A stretch of DNA of 64,000 nt. Origin: an uncultured delta proteobacterium. Its GTDB lineage: Bacteria > Myxococcota > Myxococcia > Myxococcales > Myxococcaceae. A program made the position numbers and the translations under genes. Under the pieces are notes generated by a model. The model did not search any database, had not been told where the DNA came from, and was given only the letters and a program-made list of their open reading frames with translations. Of the stretch, positions 15,580 to 28,106 are shown in pieces; positions within the stretch are counted from its first letter, which is position 1, and the number at the start of each line of letters is the position of its first letter. The stretch lies in assembly GCA_963796055.1 (NCBI GenBank), contig CAWCKH010000004.1, positions 960,001 to 1,024,000 on the forward strand. The letters are read 5' to 3'.

Positions 15580-16386
15580 ATGTGGCAGCTCTGGCGGAAG
15601 CTTCCGAAGGCCGGTGCGATCGCCCAGCTATCCGACGGAGTACGCCTCTGGTGTCCACCCTGGAGTCACCTCGCCGCCGCGTGGCTCTCCATCGGCGACC
15701 ACGAAGCAGAGCTTCCATTTGTCCGCGCTCTCCTGCGGTCTGAAGACACATTCGTCGACGTGGGAGCCAATATTGGAGTGTACAGCATCATCGCCGCCGT
15801 TCGGGGCGCTCGCGTACTGGCCTTCGAGCCCAATGGCAGCGCGCGCGCGACGCTCACCGCCAACCTGGCTCTGAATCACATCGAGGATCGTGTCCAAGTC
15901 CTGTCCTGCGCGCTCGCCGATTTCAGCGGTCGAGCTCGGTTCACCACGGATCTCGAGGCGGCCAACCACCTGGACATCGAGCCGGAAGCGAAAGGAGAGG
16001 TGGTCGATGTTTGTGAACTCGACACGTTGATCGAACCAGGGGCTCGAGTCACTCTGATAAAAATCGACGTTGAGGGCTTCGACGAAGCCGTTCTTCGCGG
16101 AGCGCGTGGAACGCTTGAGCGCGAACGGCCCGTCCTCATCGTCGAGACGTGGGCCGGCGCACAGTCCATCCGGCGCTTTCTGGGCATGCTTCAGTACGAA
16201 TTCTTCCTGTACGAGCACGGGTTGCGTGCCCTCCCGCCCGACTTTGGGCAAGACGCGAACCTCATTGCCATCCACAACAGCCGCGTAGACTGGGTTCGGG
16301 AGCGTCTCCGAACTGCCAGCTCGGAACAACGTCGCGGCCCCCGTGCACGCTGGGTCTTCCGCGAGGACTGGCCTGGGGCCGCCTGA
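15580..16386 (+). CDS. FkbM-family methyltransferase
   Basis: FVDVGANIG, AFEP, LIKIDVEG; true start may lie near 15383 via a frameshift. Confidence 0.9.
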   Translation: MWQLWRKLPKAGAIAQLSDGVRLWCPPWSHLAAAWLSIGDHEAELPFVRALLRSEDTFVDVGANIGVYSIIAAVRGARVLAFEPNGSARATLTANLALNHIEDRVQVLSCALADFSGRARFTTDLEAANHLDIEPEAKGEVVDVCELDTLIEPGARVTLIKIDVEGFDEAVLRGARGTLERERPVLIVETWAGAQSIRRFLGMLQYEFFLYEHGLRALPPDFGQDANLIAIHNSRVDWVRERLRTASSEQRRGPRARWVFREDWPGAA

Positions 16387-16639
16387 CGACCCGGCAGACA
16401 CGTCGAGGATCCAGCGGTCCAAAGCTCGTGCGAGCAGTCGGAATGGTCTGCGCGAGGTGCTCATGAGTGACTACTCGTGGCGGATGCTCGCGCAATACAA
16501 ACCCAACCGAATCGATATGTGAACCGGAGCGATGCGGAGAATGCGCCGAAGTCCGGAGCGTCCGTCACTCCGAATTTGCCGCTTGCTTGGCGTGCCGCCT
16601 ACGAACGACGAGTAGACCGTCGCTGCTCCGGCGAACGCT

Positions 16640-16775
16640 TGCGTTCGATGTTGGTGTGATGGGCGAAGTCATCGAGCACATCCCAAACCACCCACTCGGT
16701 CTCATGAGGGAGGTCGCACACGTTCTCCGCCCTCACGGATTGCTCGCGCTCACGACGCCCAACCCGCTCGAGTAA
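16640..16775 (+). pseudogene. SAM methyltransferase relic
   Basis: FDVGVMGEVIEHIP..LRPHGLLALTTPN then stop; no motif I upstream. Confidence 0.5.
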
Positions 16776-16848
16776 ATACTTGCTGGCGTGTCGTTGCGGC
16801 TAGGTAAACTCTTGGCTCCTGCACGTCCGCCCGCGAGGTCAAGCGCCA

Positions 16849-18256
16849 TCATGCTGAACCGCCCGGGCGATGGAGGCCAAGTTTCGCCATGCGGTACACG
16901 AGCGTCCTGCGTGGGAGTTCCATTCTTCGTGCGGCCTCCGTCACGTTCCAGCCACTCCGGTGAAGCGCCGCCTCAATCTCTCGACGCTCCGTCTCGCGGA
17001 CCTTCGCCCGTACTCCCGAGAACGCCGGCGCGGCCCAGGGGAGTTCGAGATGCTCGGGCCGAAGCTCTGCGCCGGTCGCATTCAGTGCCCCACGGATCAC
17101 CACGTTTCGCAGAGTCCGAACGTTCTCCCGCAGGGAAGCCTTTGAAGCAGCGCGCGCGTCTCGGCCCGGAGACTCGAACGCCGACGGCCGAGTTGCGCGT
17201 CGACAGAGTGGACCACCAGCTCCGAGGATCGGCGCCACGTCGGCCGGCCGGCTTTCCAGTTCCGGGATGCAGCATCGCGGTTCTCCGGAAGGAGCGAGTT
17301 CCCGTCTGCAGGCACCACCGACGCGGATGGGCGGAAGCTCCGCGCCGACCAGAACGCGCGGCGCTCTTCCTCGGGCAGAATCCCTGGTCGACGCAGGTGC
17401 AGCGAACCTCCCGCGGCCCGAGCGACGTCTTCGTCCCAGCGCGCCTTGTCGAAGCGAACCGCGCGGTGGACAACGAACGGGGCTGCTCGCGCTCCGGAGA
17501 GGCGAATCAAGCGAGCAAAGCTCTCGCGTCCGACACCCTCCCCGCCGATGAGTCCGAGCGCCGGGCCGGGTCCAGTGCTCGGAAAACGCCCGGAGCCGCG
17601 TCATGCAGGGGTCGCTCCAGACAAGCTCGGCGGATCGAGGGTCTCCATGCCGAGGAGGCGCTCCACGGCGATGGACCACAGCTCCTCCCCCGTTGCCCCA
17701 TGCCTCGGAAACGAGGAGGTCCCCCAGCGGACCGTTTCTTCCTGTCTGGCGGCTCGGTCCGAAACGAACTGGCGCAAACGCTCGACGCTCGCTGTGTCGC
17801 CGAGAACCAGGACCTCCAGGACCGTTCCGACCGAAGGAGCCGGCGATGTGACGACCGCCAGGGACGGGCGAGAACTCCGTGAGCACCGAGGCAAGAAACT
17901 CGGTCCAAATGCGCCCGAACGTCCGAGGAGAATGGAGAACGGGCTCCCCCCTGCCGCCACCTCCTCCTCCAGGCGTCTCTGCCACACCCAGTGGTCGAGG
18001 AGCGGCGCCTGCCTTCCGATCGATGCGGGACCGGGGAGTACGAGGTAATTCAGCTCGGCATCCCCGAAGACATCTCCTGGATGGAGCGCCGTCGAACCGT
18101 GGACCTCGACGTCGTTGACCGTGACGCCTGCTCGGCCCGCCCGGAGCTGCAAACGGTCCCCCTCGACCAGCACCTCGGCGCCGGAGGGAAGGCGCGTCGT
18201 TCCCGGACCCGAGCTGTAGCGGGTACGAGCTCTCTGGAGAAACCACGAGCAGCACC
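16849..18256 (-). CDS. Degenerate sigma54-activator-like regulator (FHA-like + atypical AAA + Fis HTH), several frameshifts
   Basis: GVTVNDVEV..LHPGD; GGEGVGRE; ENVRTLRNV; ALHRSGWNVTEAARRMELPRRTLVYRM. Confidence 0.65.
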
Positions 18257-18378
18257 CAGCTCCTGCCGGGTGCGGGTGCAGGTCGGATGCGCGGGGGTCG
18301 ACGGCTGGCCACGACAGTCGATCGTACCGGAAGGAATCGATTGAGAGACAGTCGTCGTTCCGTACAAGCTGCTGCTCC

Positions 18379-19996
18379 GTGCGGCCCGCCCTCGTCGTGC
18401 TTCTCCTCGGAGGCTGTGCCTCGATGCCCACCGCTCCCTCCGACTCGTCTCGGCCACCTCCGTGTTGTCGCCCGGACTTCCCAAGGCGATGCGGTGGCGA
18501 TCTCCATCAAGGGCTCCCGGATCGAGCGGAGTCGAGCACTCTCAGAGCACCACGAACTCCGTCGTCGTCCCCGCGCTCACCGACGCGCACGGGCACGTGG
18601 TCGGGCTCGGGCTCTCCCTGGTCAGGGTCGACCTCCGCAGCTGCCGCTCTCCCGAGGACTGCGCCGCGCGCGTCCAGGCCATCGCTTCCGCAGGTTCCAC
18701 CGGGCGCCTGGGTCCAGGGCCGCGGCTGGGACCAGAACCTCTACCCGGACCAGCAGTTCCCCACCCGCGCGGCACTCGACGCCGTCGCTCCCGAGCACGC
18801 CCGTGTACGTGCGCCGCGTCGACGGACACGCTGCCTGGGCGAACTCCGAGGCGCTGCGGCGGGCCAACATCACCCGCGACACACCGGACCCTCCGGGCGG
18901 GAAGATCCTCCGCGACGCGAAGGGTGAACCCACGGGCGTCCTCGTGGACCGCGCCGAGGAACTCGTCGAGAAGGCCATCCCGCCTCCGTCGGAGCTGGAG
19001 ATCGAGCAGGCGATCCTCCGGGCTCAGGACCTCCTCGTCTCCCAGGGGCTCACGTCGGTCCACGAGATGGGGATCTCGCCGCTGCGTCGCGGACGTCTAC
19101 CTGCGGCTCGCCCGGTCCGGCCGGCTGAAGATCCGCATCTACGCGCACTGGACGGCGGACCCGGAGACCCTCGAGGAGGCGTTCCGGCGAGGTCCGCTTC
19201 GCGCCGGCCCCGACGACCTCTTCAGCCTTCGGTCCATCAAGCTCTACGCGGATGGAGCGCTGGGCTCGCGGGGAGCTCACCTCAAGGCGCCCTACTCCGA
19301 CGACCCGCACAACACCGGGCTCGTCCTGACCTCTGCGAAGGACATCGAGGCAATCTCCCGGCGCGCGCTCGCGGCGGGCTTCCAGGTGTCGACCCACGCC
19401 ATCGGCGACGCCGCGAACCACGACGTACTCGAGGCCTACGCACGGGCCGGCGTCACGCCCGCGGCCCGGTTCCGGATCGAGCACGCGCAGATCGTCGACC
19501 TCGCGGACATCCCGCGATTCGCGCAGCTCGGCGTCATCGCCTCGATGCAGCCCACCCACGCCACCAGTGACATGCCCTGGGCCGAGAAGAGGCTCGGCCG
19601 TTCCCGGCTCGCGGGCGCGTACGCCTGGCGCCGCTTCCTCGACGCCGGCGTCCACCTTGCCTTCGGCAGCGACTTCCCGGTCGAGCTCAGCGATCCCCGG
19701 CTCGGGCTCTTCGCCGCGGTGACCCGGACGGATCTCCACGGTCAGCCGCCCGGCGGCTGGCTCCCCGACCAGAGGCTCACGGTCGCCGAGGCCCTGCGCG
19801 CCTTCACGCTGGAGGCGGCGTACGCTGCCTTCGAGGAGGGCTGGCGTGGCGAGCTTCGGCCGGACAGGCCGCAGATCTCACCGTCTTCGACGGACCGCTC
19901 GACACTCCCGAGCACATCGTGCAGCGGAAGGTCCTCATGACCATCGTCGCCGGTCGCGTGGTCTATGACGCGCGAACGGCCGAGCGCGCACAGTGA
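18379..19996 (+). CDS. Amidohydrolase family 3 (YtcJ-like), probable lipoprotein, frameshifted
   Basis: LLGGC lipobox, DAHGH, DGHAAWANS, KLYADGALGSRGA, HAIGD, RIEHAQ, SMQPTH, GSDFP. Confidence 0.88.
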
Positions 19997-20208
19997 GCCG
20001 GTCTCTCTGGCTGCTGGCACTGCTCGGCTTCGCGATCCTCGCGATCGTGGGCGTGGTCGCGGTGACTCAACCCGTTCGCGTGGAGGCCCCGACGGGTGGC
20101 TCGAGCACCGAGCCAACCGCCGTCGCTCCGGTCAACGCGGACGCAGGGTCCCTCGACTCACTGCTCGATGCGATCCAGGTCGAGCACGCGATGCAGCGCG
20201 GACGTTGA
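19993..20208 (+). CDS. Small membrane-anchored hypothetical protein
   Basis: N-terminal hydrophobic helix; GTGA overlap with upstream stop. Confidence 0.55.
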   Translation: MSRSLWLLALLGFAILAIVGVVAVTQPVRVEAPTGGSSTEPTAVAPVNADAGSLDSLLDAIQVEHAMQRGR

Positions 20209-20229
20209 GCGGGTGATTCCGGGCCGGAC

Positions 20230-20910
20230 TCACGACGGCTTCCTGGCCACGTACGCCAGGTTGTCGCTGAACCCGCGTCCCTTGAAGCCAGCGGGCCAGT
20301 GTCGCGCCGTCCCGGGAATGCGCCCGTCGTCGGAGTAGACGATCCGAGCGTCCTGGAGGCCCAGCTCCGCACCGATGTTCACCAGGTCGGATGGGAGCAG
20401 CGCCGTGATGTGCGCGGGGTAATGGACGCTCTGGAACGCCCCGTGGTGGTCCTTCAGGACGAAGCTGAGCTTGCTCAAGAGGCTCAGCTGGTTCGGCGTC
20501 GTCACCAGCAGCAGCCCGCCGGGCCGGAGCGCCCGAACCAGCTCGCGGAACAGGGCGCGTGGATTCTCGAGGTGCTCGATCGTCTCGATCGACACCACCA
20601 CGTCGGCAACTCCGTCCCCCACCGGGAGATCCTGGTTCAGATCGCTGATCCGCAGCGTCGCCCGGGGTGACTCGGGGAACCCCTCGTACCGGACCAGGTC
20701 GACGCCGGTGTACGACCCGATGCTCGACGGGAGGCGACCGAACAGGTCTCCCCGTCCGCAGCCGACGTCCAGCAGGTCCCCCTTCGCGCCCTCGCCCTCG
20801 AGAATCCGGAGCACCATCGCGAGGATCGGGTCCGCGCTGTGCCCTTCCGAGCACCGCGCCGCCTCTTCTCGCCTCCGGAGCTCCTCTTCGTGAATCGACG
20901 GATTCAGCAC
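20230..20910 (-). CDS. Class I SAM methyltransferase
   Basis: [31 protein letters not shown]. Confidence 0.88.
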   Translation of the reverse strand: MLNPSIHEEELRRREEAARCSEGHSADPILAMVLRILEGEGAKGDLLDVGCGRGDLFGRLPSSIGSYTGVDLVRYEGFPESPRATLRISDLNQDLPVGDGVADVVVSIETIEHLENPRALFRELVRALRPGGLLLVTTPNQLSLLSKLSFVLKDHHGAFQSVHYPAHITALLPSDLVNIGAELGLQDARIVYSDDGRIPGTARHWPAGFKGRGFSDNLAYVARKPS

Positions 20911-20923
20911 GCGGCGGCGAGCT

Positions 20924-22346
20924 CTACTGCGGCCCGCTCTTCGCCGCCGCCGGCTTCACGTCCCCCAGCCGCAGCTTCTCCACCGAGATCTGCGCCTGCC
21001 GGCCGTAGTCCACCGCCTCGCCCAGGAGCCGCGCGGACTCCTGCGGGGCGTGGAACCCCATGCTGTTCTCCGCCGCGACGAAGTCGAGACGCCACTGGGC
21101 CTTCCGCTGCAGCGCCCGCGCGGGCGCCAGCTGCGCATCCGTCGCCCCCGCCGCCTTCGCCGCCTTCAACGCATCCAGCATCTCCGAGATCGCCCCACCC
21201 GCCCGCTGGAGCAGGTCGTAGTTCCGCCCCTGGATCTGCGCGACCCGCGCCCTGAATCTCCCCCTCCGCGTACGGATGGCACGGCTGGCACGCCCGGCTC
21301 ACGTTCAACAGCGGGCTCCGCACCCAGTGGTCACTGACCTTCAGCGCCCCCTCGCGCACGTAGGGCATGTGGCAGTCCGCGCACGCCACCCCGCTCCGCG
21401 AATGAACCCCCTGGCTCCACAGCTCGAACTCCGGATGCTGCGCCTTCAGCACCGGCGCGCCCGACTCGGCGTGCACCCAGTCCTTGAACGGCTTCCCGTC
21501 CGCGAAGTTCGCCCCGTCGTCGTAGTACGCCTCGATCTCGTCCGCCTTCGTCCCGTTCTTCCACGGGTAGGTCACCGTCTTCCGGTCCCCACGGAAGTAG
21601 TACTCGACGTGGCACTGGCCACAGACGTAGCTCCGCATCTCCTGCCGGCTCGCATCCCGGTTCACGTCGTAGTCCTTCACCCCCTGGTGCTCCTTCAAGG
21701 CCTTGATCCCCACCAGGAACCCCGGCCGCGTCACCCGGAGCCCCATCGTCTTCGGGTCGTGGCAGTCCACGCAGCTCACCGGGTGGTCCACCAGCGGCTT
21801 CCCGCTCGCGTCCTTGAGCGCGCGCGCCTCCTGGTACTTCATGGCGCACACCTCCTCGAAGCCCTTCATCACGTCGCCCTTCCCCACGTAGCGGTACGCC
21901 GGGATGATGCTCGCGTGGCAGTGGAGGCACGCCCCGGGCTGCGGCTTCTCCGTCACCCGCCGCGTCTTCTCCTGGTCCAGGAGCATGTACCCGTGCCCAC
22001 GCCGGTCCCGGTAGTCCAGGCTGAACGCGTACCCGGCGAAGATCCGCGTCAGCCACGGGAACTGGTCCGCCTTCTCCGCCGGGCTCGCGTCCCCGCCGCC
22101 GAAGTTGGTCCGGCTCGGCTCCACCGTCTTCAAGTAGCTGTCGTACTCCCGCGGCCAGTTCGTCCCCCAGACCTTCGGGTCGACCGTGTCCTCGGTCACC
22201 TCGACGAACTTGAGGTACTGCTGCTTCGCCTCGGTCTTCCGCTGGATGATGCTCACCAGCAGCGCGGCGATGGCCGCAGTCAGCACCGCGGTCACCAGCG
22301 CCACCGCCATCAGCTTCGGCCAGCTCTTCCGGTCGGACGGTCCCAT
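20924..22346 (-). CDS. nrfA: Pentaheme cytochrome c nitrite reductase, CXXCH variant, frameshift near 21255
   Basis: [58 protein letters not shown]. Confidence 0.93.
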
Positions 22347-22356
22347 CGCGAGCCCC

Positions 22357-22830
22357 TCAGTTCCGCGCGCCGTGTCCGACGCCGCGGTGGCAATGGACGC
22401 AGGTCACCGCGTCCTGGTCCGTCGTGCTGCCGTGCACCAGCTCCGAGACCATGTCCGCGTGGCAGGCGACACAGTTCTCCTGGAGGAGCTCCGCGTTCCG
22501 GGGCCCGATGCGGATGGGCTCCGGGAAGTCCTGCAGGGTGAAGGCCTTGCTGTGGTTCCAGCCGTTTATCGCCTTGGCCCACATCTTGGGCACGAAGGCG
22601 TGCGGCAGGTGGCACTGCACGCAGGTGGCGACCGCGTGGTGCGGGCTGTGCTGCCAGGACGCGTACTCGTCCCGCATGATGTGGCAGTTGGTGCAGGCCC
22701 GCGGGTCGGTCGAGAAGTACGAGAGCCCCTCGGCGTAGCGGAAGGTGAACGCCCCCAGCCCCGCGACGAGTCCCGCCGCGAGGGCAGCGACCACCGCCAG
22801 CGGAATGGTGCCGCGTCGAGTGGAGCTCAT
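22357..22830 (-). CDS. nrfH: Tetraheme NapC/NirT quinol dehydrogenase subunit
   Basis: N-terminal TM; CTNCHIM, CVQCH, CVACH, CVHCH..VGH; directly upstream of nrfA. Confidence 0.93.
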   Translation of the reverse strand: MSSTRRGTIPLAVVAALAAGLVAGLGAFTFRYAEGLSYFSTDPRACTNCHIMRDEYASWQHSPHHAVATCVQCHLPHAFVPKMWAKAINGWNHSKAFTLQDFPEPIRIGPRNAELLQENCVACHADMVSELVHGSTTDQDAVTCVHCHRGVGHGARN

Positions 22831-22939
22831 GCGCAACCGGATGCATCGTCGGCTCCTCGACGGACCGCTCGCCATAGGACTTCCGGTCCATGCCCCCACG
22901 CCTTTCCTTCCCGGGGCCACTGGAGGGGTCCCGTACTCG

Positions 22940-25612
22940 ATGGTTCGAATCGGCTGGGCGGTGTGTCTGGGGGTTCTGTGCGCGTGTGGATCCGCGGCCC
23001 CGGGCGGCTCGACGGCCGTGCCCTCGAGCAGGCGCGGACCGGGCTGCGCTCGGCGTCGGCTCCAGCGGGGATGACCTCCGCACCGGCTGGTACCCCAGCC
23101 AGCCCGCCCTCGCCCCGGCCAGCGTCTCCGCTCCGGACTTCGGGCAGCTCTTCACCCCGGCCAGCCTCGACGGGCAGATCTACGCCCAGCCGCTGGTGGC
23201 CAACGGGGTGGTCCTGGTGGTCACCGAGACCAACCACGTCTACACGCTCGACCCGGTCACCGGCGCCATCCTCCACCAGCGCGCGCTCGAGGCACCCTGG
23301 AACCCCGCCGACCTCGGCTGCGGGGACCTGGCGCCCTGGGTGGGAACCACCGGCACCCCGGTCATCGACACCCGCGACCCGGGCAACGTCACCGCCTACT
23401 TCGTGACCAAGAGCTACGCCTCGGGGACCTCCGGGCCGGGCGCCGCCTGGATGCACGCGGTGGACGTGCCGACGCTCGCCGAGCGGCCCAACTTCCCCGT
23501 CCGGATCCAGGGCTCGGCCGACAACCAGACGGGCGTCTCGTTCGACGCCACGGTGGAGCTGCAGCGCCCCGGGCTCCTGATGCTCGGGGACACGGTGTAC
23601 GCCACGTTCGCCGGCCACTGCGACATCGGCACCTACCAGGGCTGGGTGGTGGGCGTGTCCAGCGGAGGCGCCATCCGGGCCATGTGGTCGGACGCGGCGC
23701 AGTTCCCCGGCGGGGGCATCTGGCAGAGCGGCGGCGCCCCCATGTCCGACGGGCCCAGCACCTTCATCGTCGCCACGGGAAACGGCGACCTCGTCCAGCA
23801 GCCCACCCCGGGGAAGACTCCGTACGACGTCCTCGCCCAGGCCTGGGTGCGGCTGGTGGTGCAGGGCAACGGGAAGCTGAAGGCCACCGACTTCTTCAGC
23901 CCCTACGACGCCGACGCCCTGAACGTCTGGGACGCCGACTTCGGCTCCGGGGGGCCCATGGGGCTGCCGGATTCGTTCGGCACGCCGAGCATTCCGCACC
24001 TCGGCGTGGCCGCGGGGAAGCAGGGCTACGTCTACCTCCTGAACCGCGACGACCTCGGCGGCATCGGCCAGGGGCCCTCGGGCGGAGACAAGGTGGTCCA
24101 GCGCATCGGTCCGTACGGGGGCGTCTGGTCCCGGCCGGCGGCGTGGCCCGGCAGCGGCGGCTGGGTCTACTACCCGACCGCCTCGGGGGGAACACGCCGG
24201 GCGGCTCCAGCGGCAAGTTCAACGTCTTCTCCGCAGGCGTCGACGGCCAGGGCAATCCGACGCTCTCGCTCGTGGCGAGCCCGACGGACAGCTTCGGCTT
24301 CGGGTCGAGCGCGCCCATCGTGACCTCGAACGGCACGACGGACGGCTCGGCACTGGTCTGGGTGGTGTGGATGGCCGACGGGACCGGGGCGGGGGCGCAG
24401 CTGCGGGCCTACGATGCCGTGCCCGAGGACGGCGTCCTGCAGCTCCGGTTCAGCGCGCCCATCGGGACCGCGAGCAAGTTCAACCCGCCGGGCATCGGCG
24501 ATGGCCGGGTGTACGTGGGCACGCGTGAGGGGAAGCTCTTTGGGTTCGGCGCGCCCTCGAACCAGCCGCTCACCAGCACCCCGCTGGACCTGGGCACGGT
24601 GGACCTCGGCGACAGCGCGAGCGGACAGGTGGTCTTCACCGCCCGCCGTGGAGTGACGGTGACCGGCGTCAGCTCGACCGGCGCCGACTTCGTTCCCGGA
24701 GCTCCCACGCCCGGACTCCCCGTCACCCTCGCCGCCGGCAACACGCTCACCATCCCGGTGACCTTCACCCCGAGCCGGGTGGGCATCCGCTCGGCAGCGA
24801 TCGTGGCCCAGGCGGACGGGGCGCCCGTGTCGACGCCGGTGACCGGCATCGGACGTACGCCCACGCCGGTGCTCTCCGTCACGCCGGAAGTCGTGAGCTT
24901 CGGCGGCACCGCGGTGAACACCACCGTGAGCGGCACGGTGACCCTCTCCAACGTCGGCGGCGCGGACCTGGTGCTCCAGGGAGTGACTGCCCCCGGCGCG
25001 CCCTTCTCGGCGAGCGGCGTCCCGGCCAGCGGGACCACGGTCGGGCCGGGGAAGTCGGTCACGGTGACGCTCACGTTTGCCCCGACGCAGGTGGGCACGT
25101 TCATCGACCAGCTGGTGGTGGACAGCTCGGCGGGACAGGAGACCGTGAATCTCTCCGGCTCGGCGGCGCAGCCGGGGAATCTCACGTTGAGCCCGGCGTC
25201 GCTGGATTTCGGAGCGGTCTCGGTGGGGCAGGCCAAGGTGCTGGAGTTCCAGGTCACGAACACCGGTGGATCCCGGGTCACGGTGACCAAGTCCAAGCCG
25301 CCGGCGTCCGGCGTGGGGTTCACGGCCACCGACAGCCTGCAGGAAGGGGCGGCGATCGAGCCCGGACAGACCCAGACCCTCCACGTGCAGTTCCAGCCCG
25401 CGGCGGCGGGGCAGGTCACCGACCACTGGACCATCAACGCCGACGGGATGCAGGGGCTGCTCACGCTCGAGCTGAAGGGACAGGGGCAGGGAGGGTCGGA
25501 CCCGGGGGGTCTGGTGACCAGTGGCTGCAGCAGCACGGGGGACGGGGCACCGTGGGCGCTCCTTGCGGCGCTCCTGCCCTGGGCGAGGCGCCGGAGGCCG
25601 CGGGCGGGTTGA
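22940..25612 (+). CDS. Surface protein: beta-propeller-like domain + three Ig-like (choice-of-anchor D-like) repeats + MYXO-CTERM; frameshifts near 23030 and 24190
   Basis: LCAC lipobox; LDGQIYAQPL, DADFGSGG; LDFG.V / NTGG repeats; C-terminal GCSSTGDGAPWALLAALLPWARRRR. Confidence 0.75.
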
Positions 25613-25616
25613 CGCG

Positions 25617-28048
25617 TCAGCTGGCCCGGAGCGCCGTGGCCGGGTCCACGCGTGAGGCGCGCATCGCGGGGAGCAGCGCGCTTCCCATGGCCACCAGCGC
25701 CAGCACCGCCACCACCGCGGCGAGGATTGCCGGGTCGGTCGCTCTGACTCCGAAGAGGAGCCCGCGGAAGAGCACCGCGAGCACCACTGCCCCGAGCACT
25801 CCGGCCATGGCTCCGGTCAGTACGGGTGTCAGGCTCTGGCGGAGGACCAGGCGCACGATGTCCCGCCGCTCGGCGCCCACAGCCATCCGGATGCCGAACT
25901 CGCGCGTGCGCTGCACCACCCCGTACGAGACCACCCCGAAGATGCCGACGCCTGCCAGCAGCAGGGCGAACCCGGCGAACACCGAGAGCAGGAACACCGG
26001 GTAACGGCGGAGGAACATCGACGGAGCGTCCGCCAGCACCTGGGTGAGCGGGCGGATGGGAAGCAACGTCGCGTCCGGCGCAGCGGCCAGGATGGCGCGG
26101 CGGACCTCGGCCTCCACTCCTGGGCGCGGGACACGGATCACGAGGGCGAACGGGTTGGAGGGCGACTGGACGTCGGAGATGTACATCAGGGCCGGCGGCG
26201 CCTCGTCGAGCGCCCCGAACGTCTGGTCTCCCACCACGCCGACGATGGTCAGGACCGGCGCATCCGGCGCGTAGGTGGGGCGGATGCGCTTGCCGACCGC
26301 GTCCTCGCCGGGGAAGTACCGCCGCTGGAGCGTGCGGTTCACGATCGCCACCGGGAGCGAGCCGTGGGTGTCCTCGGGGCCGAAGGTCCGTCCGCCGAGC
26401 AGCGGAACGCCGAGCACCCGGAAGTAGTCGGGACCCACCTCGCGGAAGGCGACCTCGGGCGGGGCGCCGGTCGGTGGCGGACGGTCCTCGCGGACGAAGC
26501 GCAGGGTGTTTCCGTTGCCGGTGCCGGGGAGGAGGCTCACCCGGGTGACGCTGCTGACGCCGGGGACGGCGGCCACCGCGGTGCGGATCTGTTCCTGGAG
26601 GGCGACCGCCGCCTCCTCGTGCTCGACCCGCGCGTCCGGAAGGAACACGGTGGTTCCCAGCGCCCCCTCGGGACGGTAGCCGGGGTCGGCGGAGAGGACG
26701 CGGAGCAGGCTCTTGCCCATGAGCCCGGCCGAGCCGAGCAGCATCACCGCGAGCGCCACCTCCACCGCGACCAGCGCCCCCTGCAGCCCGTGACGGACGG
26801 TGCCGGGCTGCGCGGGTGAGCCTGTGCCGTCCTTGAGCGCGTCGTGGAGGTTGGGACGGGAGGCGCGCAGGGCCGGGAGGAGGCCGAAGAGCAAGGTGGT
26901 GAGGAGGATGAGCCCGCCGCCGTAGAGCAGGACCCGGACGTCGACGCCGAGGTTCTCGAGGAAGGGCATCGTCGCGCGCTCGCGGGCGGGGATGCCGGCC
27001 AGCAGCAGCGGGAGGCTGAGACGGGCGGCGAGCAGGCCGAAGAGGCCGCCGAGGGTCGCCAGCACCAGGCTCTCGGTGAGCAGCTGCCGTGCCAGCCGGC
27101 GCCGGCCCGCGCCCAGGGCCGCCCGGACGGCCAGCTCCTGCTCGCGGGCTGCGCGCCCGGGCGAGGAGCAAGTTGGCCACGTTGGCGCAGGCCACCAGGA
27201 GCGACCAGGCTGACGCAGGCGAAGAGGAGCACCAGGACGGGCTCGACCTTCCCCACCAGCACGTCGCGCAGGGGGACGACCTCCATGCTCACGCCGGGGA
27301 ACGCCGCGGGGAAGCGCTCGCGCAGCGATGCCGAGTAGGCAAGTGCGCCGTGCCGGGCCTGCTCGAGCGTGACGCCGTCGCGGAGGCGGGCGAGGGTGTT
27401 CACCCAGTTGAGGTTGCGGCGGAGGAGGTCGCCCCGCGCCTGGACGGCGAGGTAGACGCGCGCCTCCCCGCCGGGGGCGAAGGGGAAGCTCGGCGGGAGC
27501 ACGCCGACGATGGTGTACGGGTTGTCGTCGAGCAGGAGCGTGCGGCCGAGCACTCCGGGGTCGCCGCCCATCTGCGTCCGCCAGAAGGCGTCGCCGAGCA
27601 CGACCGCGCGGGGGCCGCCGTCCTCGTCCTCGCCGGGGCGGAGGGTGCGGCCGAGCTGCGGACGGACGCCGAGGACGTCGAAGAAGTTGGCGGTGACCCG
27701 GAGGGCCTTGAGCTGGGAGCGCTCGGAGCCGTTCTGCCAGGTGGCGGGGCTGCGGTTGTAGCCGGCGACGGAGGCGAACAGGGAGTGGTCCGACTGGAGC
27801 TCGCGGACGGTGGGCCAGGCGAGCTCGAAGCGGGCCATGTCCGCGTTGCCGTTGTTCTGGAACAGGTGCACCAGGCGCTCGGGCTCGGCGTAGGGGAGGC
27901 TGCGGAGGAGCGCGGCGTCGACGGCGGTGAAGACGGCGGCGTTCAGGCCGATGCCCATGGAGAGGGTGAGGACGACCACGGCGGCGAACCCCGGCCGGGT
28001 CCGGAGGTGGCGGAAGGCGTCCCGGAGGTCCTGGAGCAGGGCGGTCAT
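25617..28048 (-). CDS. Duplicated MacB/FtsX-type ABC permease (ADOP-like), frameshift near 27150-27200
   Basis: QDLRDAFR..PGF, ACANVANLLLARA, QRTREFGIRMAVGA, RASRVDPATALR. Confidence 0.9.
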
Positions 28049-28106
28049 GGGGCGGGGAGGCGGTTCAATGGGCGTGCCAGGAGTGGGCGGGTGGTCGAGC
28101 GGAGGG

